From Thermoplasmatota archaeon (GTDB taxonomy: Archaea; Thermoplasmatota; Thermoplasmata; GCA-020350865; JAUVCJ01), in assembly GCA_030595765.1 (NCBI GenBank), contig JAUVCJ010000010.1:1-23203 (forward strand): 23,203 nucleotides of DNA, given 5' to 3'. Shown here one piece after another: positions 8,807 to 16,560 of this stretch; the stretch's first letter is position 1, and each line of letters opens with the position of its first letter. The position numbers were made by a program, and so were the translations under genes. A model generated the notes under the pieces. That model was not told the origin of the DNA. It saw nothing but the letters and a program-made list of their open reading frames with translations, and did no database searches.

Positions 8807-10030
8807 ATGGCTTCCGATGGAGAGGATTATGCCAGGACATTGATATGCACCGGCTGTAATCGGAATTTTAAATCTATACTCCCTCATTCGCCTGTAGCCA
8901 ATAATTTGAATGTTCTATGCCCACATTGCAGCACCCAGAACATCATCCCATATGGGGCGGTGCTTCCTTCCCTCATGTATAACCCCTCCTCCTCTAACAA
9001 TTCTTCCATCGCGCAATCACCTTCTCAGAATTCTCCTAGCCAGCAATCGTTCTCAGGGAGTCCTTCCAGTGTGCAACCACCTCCTCAAAATCCCCCTGGT
9101 ATACAATCGTTCTCAGAGAGCTCAGGTAGCCCAGGTAGCTCTTCCAACGCACCTCCCCCTCTCCAGAGCCCCCAAGGTGTTCAGTCGTACCCCTGGAACC
9201 CCTTCAATGTCCACTCGGCTCCAACAGCACCTTCAAACACACAATCCTTTTCCTGGGAATACAATCCAAATCTCTTCAGGCATATGCCTGGGCCGATCCG
9301 TCAGGCGCCTCGTTCCAAGCTTCTTGTTGATGTTACAACGATCTCTATGCTAGCGCTTGCCATCATTCTCATTCTAACTTCCATCACGATGATGATGATG
9401 CCAGTGCTCCCACCTCAGAACGACTCACCACTGCTTCTAAGTGGTTATGTAAGTGATTCTCATTTTGAACCAATGGTGGGTATCCGGGTAAGCATAGATG
9501 GCACTGGCCAGATGGCAACGACAGACTCGGATGGCTATTATGAGATAGTTAACGTGGCTCCAGGGGTAAAAGACATTACGTTCTCGAAGAACTGGATAGA
9601 AAAGGAAACTCACACAGTATTCCTTATTGATAGGACCGAGGAGCTAGCCACCAATTTCACCACCCTTGACGTTTCCATGAGGGCCGAACCTCCAACCGAG
9701 CCCATCAACGACCTGTGGGTCTTTTACTCCCTTGGATTTTTTGGGCTCATTCTCTCGGCATTTCCCTTTGCCGGGGCAATATTATCACGAAAAGGCCATT
9801 TCTACTCGGTAATGGTGGTAAGCTCCCTGGTTGGCTTGGGTTTTACAATACCAGTAGGTAGGGTATTGGGGCTGTTCCACCCAGGGTTGATATGCCTGGC
9901 CATGTTGGCGCCAATGGTCCTAGTCCTGGTGTTCATCCAGGCCAGATTCTTCTCCGATGTTCTGCCCGATAGCCTGCTCCCTCTTTCTGAGGACGACAAC
10001 GGCGATACCGATGGCAATGACGACCAGTAA
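8807..10030 (+). CDS. Membrane protein with N-terminal zinc ribbon, Ser/Pro/Gln-rich linker, TM helices and a carboxypeptidase-regulatory-like (Ig-like) domain
   Basis: 'CTGCNRNFKS...NNLNVLCPHCSTQNIIPYG'; 'LLLSGYVSDSHFEPMVGIRVSIDGTGQMATTDSDGYYEIVNVAPGVKDITFS'; hydrophobic helices on both sides. Confidence 0.8.
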   Translation: MASDGEDYARTLICTGCNRNFKSILPHSPVANNLNVLCPHCSTQNIIPYGAVLPSLMYNPSSSNNSSIAQSPSQNSPSQQSFSGSPSSVQPPPQNPPGIQSFSESSGSPGSSSNAPPPLQSPQGVQSYPWNPFNVHSAPTAPSNTQSFSWEYNPNLFRHMPGPIRQAPRSKLLVDVTTISMLALAIILILTSITMMMMPVLPPQNDSPLLLSGYVSDSHFEPMVGIRVSIDGTGQMATTDSDGYYEIVNVAPGVKDITFSKNWIEKETHTVFLIDRTEELATNFTTLDVSMRAEPPTEPINDLWVFYSLGFFGLILSAFPFAGAILSRKGHFYSVMVVSSLVGLGFTIPVGRVLGLFHPGLICLAMLAPMVLVLVFIQARFFSDVLPDSLLPLSEDDNGDTDGNDDQ

Positions 10031-12277
10031 TATTACAAGCCACCAGGGGAACCCTTCCGGCTCCTGCTGTACTGGTGCAATTTCTTTGGGGGATATTCCT
10101 CCTAGGTCAAATATCGGTTGTTCCATCCCTATCTCGCCACCTATGTAGGCTGGGCTTGGTGGGGCAAAGTAGAGGGCCGAAAGGTCTGATTTGTAGCGAG
10201 GCATTGAGATAGTGAGATTCGTATCAGGGGTGATACCCAATGTCATTTGGGCGCTGACCATGTAGCTTGCAAAGGCTTCTGGATAGTCTTGAACCCCTTT
10301 ATCCTCCCTGTTTATGATGTTAATAGGGCTGGCACTCGCCAGTAGCCCATTGATATTGAATTGCCAGACCTGGTCTGCCATTTCTCCAGACACGTCTATG
10401 GTATTCTCCACGTTCCCGCTCCTGTCCATGGTTGGGCCTGACCAGTCAACCGAGCCATCGCCGTTGTAGTCTATCGACAGATAAAGGCTGGTAACCTGCA
10501 ATGTAGCAGGTCCAATGGCGCTGTACTGAAGCGCCAGGTCCACTGTTGTTGTCATTGGAGGTATGTAGAGGTAATGTGGGAACGATTTGAACACTTCCCT
10601 GTCCCTGCTAGGTGTTGAATCAACGTTCATGTTCGAGACCTGCCCCTTCCACTCGGCCACAAGAGTGTCGGTCTCTGCGGTTACGGTCCTATTGGAGATG
10701 ATGTCCTTGTAATACTCCAGAGCATCCCAGACAGTGGCGCTCTTGTCATCTCGCCTCAGCTCTTCCAGGGTGAGTGCTAGTGCAACAGCGTCCTGCACAT
10801 TGACCATTCCATATCCTTGGGCGTAATCATTGATGATGCCAGCCATTCCGCCAGAGCCGTTGGGCGGTACCCCGTTCTCAGGAGCCACGGTGATATACCT
10901 GCTTGCAAGCTTCATTATCAATTCAGCTTCATGTATGCGGGTCTCGGAGTTGTTCCAGTATCCAACATCATCACCTTGATAATCATCATGAACAGAACTC
11001 ACCCTCATGCTGGGTGCAGCTTCCCAGAGAAGTGCTGCGATACCTGCTATATGTGGTGTTGCCATTGAAGTGCCGGATATTGCCATGTAATAGGCTTCTT
11101 CCTCGAACTCCACAATAATATCATTGTAAGTTGTCATGGCGGTTATGTAGGTTCCTCTGGCCTGGGTAGATTGGATAGCCACTCCAGGGGCTCCAATGTC
11201 AGGCCATGTGAAGTTATCATCTGCAATGCCACGGGAGCTGAATACCGCAATACCGGAACCATCACGCTCGATGGCGGCAATTGACAGGGCAGCGGGTTCC
11301 AATGAATAGGGATTGGTGGTGACAATGCTGCCATCATGGTTCTTGGAGCCATCGTTCCCGGCAGCAAATACCACAACAACGTTGTTCTCGTAAGTTAGCG
11401 CCCTAATTACCTGCATGACCGCATCCTCGGAGTAGTACTCTCCAGGACTTCCCCATGAGTTGGAGGCCACCCTGATGTTGTAGGGGTTGGCACCGGGCTT
11501 GCTGTGCTCGTATATCCATTCCAGCGCACCTAGGGCGTTGAGGATCACAACTGCCTCACCTGTGCTTATGCCGATCAGGTTCGCACCAGGTGCCACACCT
11601 TTTCTGGCACCGCTTGAAGCCTCTCCATTACCAGCGACGGTGCCTGCGCAATGGGTGCCGTGGCCGCTGGAGGTATCAGTGTTTGCATCCTCGGTGTAAA
11701 TAAAATCGGTATTTGACTTGAGATTTACAATGACCTTCTCCTTGTATGGCAGATCAGGGTGCCCGGCATCAACGCCGGTGTCTACCACTACGACCGTGAC
11801 AGGGACCCTTTTACCGTTGACCAGCATTGCGCTACCGTCAATCGGGGATGATTCTCGCCCTTCAGGGCTGAGTATAGGTGCGTTCCAAGTAGTGGTGGCA
11901 TTGATAGTGGCTGTGGATTCGTCCATTGCCTGGTATAAAAGCCTGTTTACCTCCATCCAGTGTACCCGGTGATATTGGCTCAAAAGCTGTACTGAGCGCG
12001 CTGGCCCAGTTGCGTATACAGCCTGGCTTCCAGTGAAAAAGTGCTGAATTTCCAGGCCAGCTGCGTTGATGGCCCTAACATCCTGGTCCTGATATCCACC
12101 CTCGAACTGAACCAGCAACTCGATCTCGTCGAAATCCTGCGATCTGGCCAATTCCGCTCTGAGATAGGGGTTCATTACACCTGTGTTCATCTCTTCTGGG
12201 CTGGATATGTCTCCAAGAACTGGGGATACCATCAGCAGGACTGCAATGAATAGTGCTAGAGTTACCTTTACGTTCAT
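9920..12277 (-). CDS. Subtilisin-like serine protease (S8) with signal peptide and C-terminal TM anchor
   Basis: Asp motif 'VVVVDTGVDAGHPDL', His motif 'SSGHGTHCAGTVAG', Ser motif 'GTSMATPHIAGIAALL'; signal peptide 'MNVKVTLALFIAVLLMVSPVLG'; TM 'WWLVILLVVIAIGIAVVVL'. ORF open to 12304; the ATG at 12277 is preferred. Confidence 0.93.
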   Translation of the reverse strand: MNVKVTLALFIAVLLMVSPVLGDISSPEEMNTGVMNPYLRAELARSQDFDEIELLVQFEGGYQDQDVRAINAAGLEIQHFFTGSQAVYATGPARSVQLLSQYHRVHWMEVNRLLYQAMDESTATINATTTWNAPILSPEGRESSPIDGSAMLVNGKRVPVTVVVVDTGVDAGHPDLPYKEKVIVNLKSNTDFIYTEDANTDTSSGHGTHCAGTVAGNGEASSGARKGVAPGANLIGISTGEAVVILNALGALEWIYEHSKPGANPYNIRVASNSWGSPGEYYSEDAVMQVIRALTYENNVVVVFAAGNDGSKNHDGSIVTTNPYSLEPAALSIAAIERDGSGIAVFSSRGIADDNFTWPDIGAPGVAIQSTQARGTYITAMTTYNDIIVEFEEEAYYMAISGTSMATPHIAGIAALLWEAAPSMRVSSVHDDYQGDDVGYWNNSETRIHEAELIMKLASRYITVAPENGVPPNGSGGMAGIINDYAQGYGMVNVQDAVALALTLEELRRDDKSATVWDALEYYKDIISNRTVTAETDTLVAEWKGQVSNMNVDSTPSRDREVFKSFPHYLYIPPMTTTVDLALQYSAIGPATLQVTSLYLSIDYNGDGSVDWSGPTMDRSGNVENTIDVSGEMADQVWQFNINGLLASASPINIINREDKGVQDYPEAFASYMVSAQMTLGITPDTNLTISMPRYKSDLSALYFAPPSPAYIGGEIGMEQPIFDLGGISPKEIAPVQQEPEGFPWWLVILLVVIAIGIAVVVLRKREQAIGQNIGEESGLDEHQD

Positions 12278-12409
12278 TCGCTCACCAATGGGAGCATTTA
12301 TCAAAGCTATTTAAAAACTCTCCGGTAAAACTGTTACACCTTAATTACGGCCAGTGATATTTCAACCGATGTCGCAACCCTTATATCGAACCGTGTCGGT
12401 TCCATATTC

Positions 12410-13747
12410 ATGGCAGATATGGACATCGCCGGCATAATAATCATCTGTCTAGTAGCAGCACTCGTGGCCTTCGGGCTGGCCATGATACTTATAAAAAAAC
12501 TCGAGAAGAGGCCAGACCGCCTCAGGCATATGCTTTCCAAAGGGCACATCGAGGACGAGGCCTCCAATGCCATAACTTCCACCATTGCAATAATCAACAA
12601 TATGTCCTCCAGGGGAATGGAAGTTGCAGAGGCCAGAAGCCTGATGGATAGGGCCCAAAATGCACTGGAAGCAAAGCAATATGCCAAGGCGATAACTTGG
12701 GCAGACCAGGCCAGAGCCGCACTTGCACGTTCCAAAGGCAGGGCAGGGCCAGCTCCTTCACAGAGGAACCAACCCCATTTTAGCCCTGCAGGTAACACAA
12801 AATCCAACGCCCAACCTCTATCCCAATCTCAAATCCATGAAAGGCTAGAGATAGAAGCTGTTGAACCTCAGCTAGAGGAAAGCCAGCTAGAGGGACGCCA
12901 GGCAGAGGAGACATATCTGGAGCCGGAAATTACAAGACCCATAATCTTACCAGAGGAGAAGATGAACATGAGCCAGAAGAGAGAACAAGAGCTACCTATA
13001 GACCCTAATGCCCATTTAGAGCTGGCAACCGAAGATGACATCATTGCCCAAGCGCAAAAGGACGACATGCCAGCAAAGTTCATGATATCCCAGGCACGCT
13101 CAAAGATGCATCAGGCGCGCTCAGGCGGGTACGACGTGTCAGAACCACAGCATCTATTGGAAGAGGCTCAAGTTGCACTGGATAACCAAAATTTCGGACA
13201 TGCTCTTCACCTGGCAGTCCAATCCAAAAAAAGGTCTGAGGAGCTGATGAATGCTCCAATGCAGGATTATATCAGCCAGGAAGGGCCTGAGGATGAGGTG
13301 ACCCATCAGGTAGCCATTCCTGAGGCCAACACTCCAGATCCAGCCAAGGTGCGCTGCTCCAAGTGTGGATGGTTCAAGGAGCCCTACATTGAGATGAAAA
13401 TAGATAATCAGCTAGAAAGCATCTGCGAGGCTTGCTACAGGGAGGAGATCGGTCAGCCAGCAGACGAAGCTAGCTCAGAGAAAGAGGACGACGCTAGCCC
13501 CCAGAAGAATGGCGAGGACACAGGCGATGACCAGCAGAACATCGATAACCAGCATGTTTATGACCAGCAGGCAAACCTCTCTAGCATGATAGAATGCTCC
13601 AGCTGCAGTGAGCCAATGGACCCTGAAGAGGATGCGTTCTGTGGAAAGTGCGGCACCCCTATTCCGGCTGAACGACTTTGTGAGGAATGCAACGCAGCAG
13701 TAGCCCAAGACGATGAGTTCTGCCGCAAATGTGGGAATAAACTCTAG
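12410..13747 (+). CDS. Membrane-anchored protein with two helical (TPR-like) segments and three C-terminal zinc ribbons
   Basis: N-terminal TM 'IAGIIIICLVAALVAFGLAMILI'; 'LMDRAQNALEAKQYAKAITWADQARAAL' and 'LLEEAQVALDNQNFGHALHLAVQSKK'; 'CSKCG..CEACY', 'CSSCSEPMDPEEDAFCGKCGTPIP', 'CEECNAAVAQDDEFCRKCGNKL'. Confidence 0.8.
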   Translation: MADMDIAGIIIICLVAALVAFGLAMILIKKLEKRPDRLRHMLSKGHIEDEASNAITSTIAIINNMSSRGMEVAEARSLMDRAQNALEAKQYAKAITWADQARAALARSKGRAGPAPSQRNQPHFSPAGNTKSNAQPLSQSQIHERLEIEAVEPQLEESQLEGRQAEETYLEPEITRPIILPEEKMNMSQKREQELPIDPNAHLELATEDDIIAQAQKDDMPAKFMISQARSKMHQARSGGYDVSEPQHLLEEAQVALDNQNFGHALHLAVQSKKRSEELMNAPMQDYISQEGPEDEVTHQVAIPEANTPDPAKVRCSKCGWFKEPYIEMKIDNQLESICEACYREEIGQPADEASSEKEDDASPQKNGEDTGDDQQNIDNQHVYDQQANLSSMIECSSCSEPMDPEEDAFCGKCGTPIPAERLCEECNAAVAQDDEFCRKCGNKL

Positions 13748-13812
13748 TGGCGGAACTTTTGATGAATGTAGGAATAATATTCTGGAGTGAGCTCTAGGGC
13801 AAATATTGGGCA

Positions 13813-14820
13813 CTAGCGCCTTGCCCTGTGCAGGGATAATTTTCTTTTTGGAGGGATGAAGCTCTTCCTGGGTAATGGGTCGTTAGGCCCTTTCATTGTT
13901 CGAGCCTTCCCCATGAATATGCAGACGCTCTCAACATCAGACCAGAGGTAGCTGCTCAGGCGCTTGTAATCCACCGAGTCCCAAAGCAGGTAGGCCAGGT
14001 CATCTGCCAATTCATTGCGCAAAGAGCAAAGGACCTCGTTGGGGTCTTCCTGCACCGTGAATATCTTTGGGGATATGCGAATGTCTAGTTCGGCATAGAA
14101 TCCATCCTGGGTCGGCTTGAGCATGACCGTACTATCTCCGCGTTTTCCACTGCCGCTATCTAGACCCTGGACAGACACTTTTCCGTTGCTGGATATGGTG
14201 GCCTTTTCTGGAACTAGCATGGTCTCTAAAAGGTTCAATATGAATTGCTCAACTTCCCTTATGGAGCTGGTAAGTTCAGTTCCCAAGAACGTGCTGGAGG
14301 CCTGAATGTGGAGGGAGGCGCTGAAGGCCTTTAACCCACTAATTTCCGGAGAGCCATTGATGATCTTGGGCTCAACAGATACTACTTTTCCTGCTTCCAT
14401 TGCGAAACAGGATAGGGCCACCCCGTCGGTCACCACCGAAAGCGTGTTCTTTTTGCCACCTCTTGCAATGAGCGTCTCATCATCTGTGTGGCTGTGGAAT
14501 ATCGAATGAACATCTGAAAGGTCGCGAAATTCGGCGTGGTAGTCATCCCTGAACGGATGGGAGTGATAGAGTCCGACTATGCCGGCGTTTCTGGGGTAAC
14601 CAGTTGCAATTCTAAATTCCTCCATGGGGTCAGCGTGTGCACCCACTCTGGATTGGTGCAGGTACTTTCTGCATTGTACAGCATCCATGACAAATATCTC
14701 ATTCCTGAACCTGTAACCGGTCAGCCAGCCCAACACCTCATTGCCGCTGGACTTAGCCTCTTCCAGTGCATGCCCCAGCAAACCTTGCACTGAGGACTCT
14801 GTCATGGTAACATCTACCAT
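13813..14820 (-). CDS. JAMM/MPN (JAB) domain metalloprotease, putative deconjugase of a Ubl system
   Basis: 'GNEVLGWLTGYR' (catalytic Glu), 'AGIVGLYHSHPFRDDYHAEFRDLSDVHSIFHSH' (HSHP core). ORF open to 14931, but the ATG at 14820 follows GGGAGGG and lies 4 nt after the upstream E1 stop. Confidence 0.82.
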   Translation of the reverse strand: MVDVTMTESSVQGLLGHALEEAKSSGNEVLGWLTGYRFRNEIFVMDAVQCRKYLHQSRVGAHADPMEEFRIATGYPRNAGIVGLYHSHPFRDDYHAEFRDLSDVHSIFHSHTDDETLIARGGKKNTLSVVTDGVALSCFAMEAGKVVSVEPKIINGSPEISGLKAFSASLHIQASSTFLGTELTSSIREVEQFILNLLETMLVPEKATISSNGKVSVQGLDSGSGKRGDSTVMLKPTQDGFYAELDIRISPKIFTVQEDPNEVLCSLRNELADDLAYLLWDSVDYKRLSSYLWSDVESVCIFMGKARTMKGPNDPLPRKSFIPPKRKLSLHRARR

Positions 14821-14824
14821 TTGC

Positions 14825-16015
14825 TCAATCCCTCCCATTCTCTTTGCTGGAGATCTCATCGAAAATCCTGGCAGCCCTATCCAATACATCAGGGCTCGGC
14901 CTTGGGATGCGGCTCTTGCCAGTCTCATCATTTACATCAGTTCTGTCATCCTTGTCATCGGCTCCTTCCTCGTCATCCTGAGTTCCGACATCATTATCCT
15001 CAGCCCTTTCTTCCGCCTCTTGGGCTCTGCCATCGCTATCATCAGCCCCTTCCTCGTCCTCTTGGGCTTTACCATCGCTATCATCAGTTCTTTTCTCGTT
15101 CTTTTGAGCTCTGCCGTCGCCGCAGATTGGGCACCCCGGATCCAACACCCAGTCCACCCTTTGGAGTGTGCCATCGGCTCCGTCGTAGATGAGGTATGGA
15201 GCCACGCTACCAAAGCCAAGCAGATGCTTGAAGGCTTCCTGGCACTGAAGGGAGGCGATGATCGACATCGTTGTTGGCAAGGATGTGACGTGACATAGAC
15301 CTGTGACGTGGTCAGGCGCATTCGGGTCCGGCTTAGGCTTGAAACCAGTCATGCCATGAGATTCGGTAAGCGGCCTGTTGCAACGGTAGCAAGGAGTTTC
15401 TCCTGGTAGCACAACATGGACACTGCCCCGTATGCCATCCAGGCTGGTGCCGCCATCAAATAGTGGGACTCCAGCTTTAACGCACTTAGCATTCAGGAAT
15501 AGCCTGACCCCAAAACTATCTACACATCCAAATAATGCATCGACTTTCTGATCCTCACTACTTCCTTCATTTCCCTCATTTCCTTCACAGCCTTCACCAC
15601 TTTTATCGCTATTAATGCTGTATAGGAGTCTGGAGTATCCCTTGTCGATAGTCACGTCCTGGGAGTTTGCTATGACCTTTGTGTCTGGGTTTGCAAGCTG
15701 AAGGTACTGGGCAATGGCATCGACTTTTGGCATCCCAACCTGGTCTGGTCTGTATATGAGCCTGTTCATGTTGGCCTGCTCCAAAGTGTCGTAATCAAAT
15801 ATCTCAAGGGTGCCAATGCCGCAACGAGCCAGTATGTCACAGACCACTGCACCCAAACCACCCACTCCAACAACTATTACCTTCATGGATCTGAGCCTTC
15901 CAAAATCCGCATGTGGAAACAGACCCAGTCTATGGTATCGGTCAGGCTCCATTGTATCACCATCCAACTCATCTCCTAACTCATCTCCCATTTCATTTCC
16001 CATCTCATTTCCCAT
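14825..16015 (-). CDS. UBA5-like E1 activating enzyme (ThiF/MoeB fold) with acidic repeat tail
   Basis: 'VIVVGVGGLGAVVCDILARCGIGTLEIFDYDTLEQANMNRLIYRPDQVGMPKVDAI', 'CVDSFGVRLFLNAKCVKAGVPLFDGGTSLDGIRGSVHVVLPGETPCYRCNRPL', 'GLCHVTSLPTTMSIIASLQCQEAFKHLLGFG', 'CPIC'. The tool ORF begins at a GTG (16024); the ATG at 16015 overlaps the E2 stop as TGATG and is preceded by GGGGTGG. Confidence 0.88.
   Translation of the reverse strand: MGNEMGNEMGDELGDELDGDTMEPDRYHRLGLFPHADFGRLRSMKVIVVGVGGLGAVVCDILARCGIGTLEIFDYDTLEQANMNRLIYRPDQVGMPKVDAIAQYLQLANPDTKVIANSQDVTIDKGYSRLLYSINSDKSGEGCEGNEGNEGSSEDQKVDALFGCVDSFGVRLFLNAKCVKAGVPLFDGGTSLDGIRGSVHVVLPGETPCYRCNRPLTESHGMTGFKPKPDPNAPDHVTGLCHVTSLPTTMSIIASLQCQEAFKHLLGFGSVAPYLIYDGADGTLQRVDWVLDPGCPICGDGRAQKNEKRTDDSDGKAQEDEEGADDSDGRAQEAEERAEDNDVGTQDDEEGADDKDDRTDVNDETGKSRIPRPSPDVLDRAARIFDEISSKENGRD
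14918..15085 (-). repeat. Four tandem 42-bp units encoding acidic 14-aa repeats in the E1-like C-terminal linker
   Basis: DDSDGKAQEDEEGA / DDSDGRAQEAEERA / EDNDVGTQDDEEGA / DDKDDRTDVNDETG. Confidence 0.85.
15968..16015 (-). repeat. Four tandem 12-bp units at the E1-like gene start, three beginning with in-frame ATG
   Basis: ATGGGAAATGAG / ATGGGAAATGAA / ATGGGAGATGAG / TTAGGAGATGAG. Confidence 0.85.
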
Positions 16016-16497
16016 CAGATCCACCCCTTTTTATCCAGGTCGAAAATGATGGCTTGCACCCAGTAGGAGATCTCTCGTTTCATGTATAGGGCGATACCAC
16101 AGTGTTCGTTCCACCAGTAGTTGCTTTCCATGTGCATGTCGCAAAGCCTCAGGCCAAGAACCTCGTCTTCAAGCTTTCTGTCAGTGTATTTCATGAGCGC
16201 CGGGATGGATGCGGCCGGTGGGGTAAACGGATACGAATTTTTCAGGATCAGGGTAAACTCATAGTCCTGGCGTTTTGGAGGGCTAATGATGCCAGTCCAG
16301 CGTGTGGCGCTTTCATCAGTGGGTCTGATGGAGAACCATCTGCGGCTTCCATCGCCTTTCTCAAGGTAGTCCAGATATTCCATGAGCTTCAGGAGGGCAT
16401 ATTTTTCCTCCTTTACCCTCATGTCCCACCCCTTCTCCCCTGGAGATACCACTGTGGAGCATTGAAGGAAGTAGAAAAGGTCTTCTTCCTTTTTCAT
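16015..16497 (-). CDS. UFC1-like E2 conjugating enzyme
   Basis: 'MRVKEEKYALLKLMEYLDYLEKGDGSRRWFSIRPTDESATRWTGIISPPKRQDYEFTLILKNSYPFTPPAASIPAL...LGLRLCDMHMESNYWWNEHCGIALYMKREISYWVQAIIFDLDKKGWI' parallels UFC1 '[73 protein letters not shown]...GGKICLTDHFKPLW...GLGPWLAVEIPDLIQKGVI'. No HPN motif. Candidate catalytic Cys codon at 16141-16143. Start could instead be 16422. Confidence 0.85.
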   Translation of the reverse strand: MKKEEDLFYFLQCSTVVSPGEKGWDMRVKEEKYALLKLMEYLDYLEKGDGSRRWFSIRPTDESATRWTGIISPPKRQDYEFTLILKNSYPFTPPAASIPALMKYTDRKLEDEVLGLRLCDMHMESNYWWNEHCGIALYMKREISYWVQAIIFDLDKKGWI

Positions 16498-16560
16498 AGA
16501 ACCAATAAATGACCTGGCTGGTTATTTAGGTTTTCCCAGGTCTCCTTCCATTCCTCTCTA

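Noticed and set aside
8570-8887. Minus-strand ORF with 'SFHQPFHQSFHQ' repeats, considered as a His-rich metal-binding protein
   Set aside because: It is the translation of the 12-bp repeat and overlaps the starts of two convincing genes; the 8610-8840 ORF reads the same repeat as 'SSAFSSVIPS', showing no frame preference.
14741-15298. 185-aa + strand ORF rich in Ile/Leu/Ser ('SSDIIILSPFFRLLGSAIAIISPF') that looks like a membrane protein
   Set aside because: Antisense of the acidic repeat region of the E1-like gene: Asp/Glu codons read antisense give hydrophobic residues. The minus strand has clear enzyme motifs.
13813-16497. Operon considered as a sulfur-carrier (ThiS/MoaD) E1-JAB cysteine biosynthesis or cofactor cassette
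   Set aside because: Presence of a UFC1-like E2 and the UBA5-specific ANMNRL and C..SLPTTM motifs fit conjugation better. No ThiS/MoaD, cysteine synthase or cofactor gene is adjacent. This should still be excluded by phylogeny.
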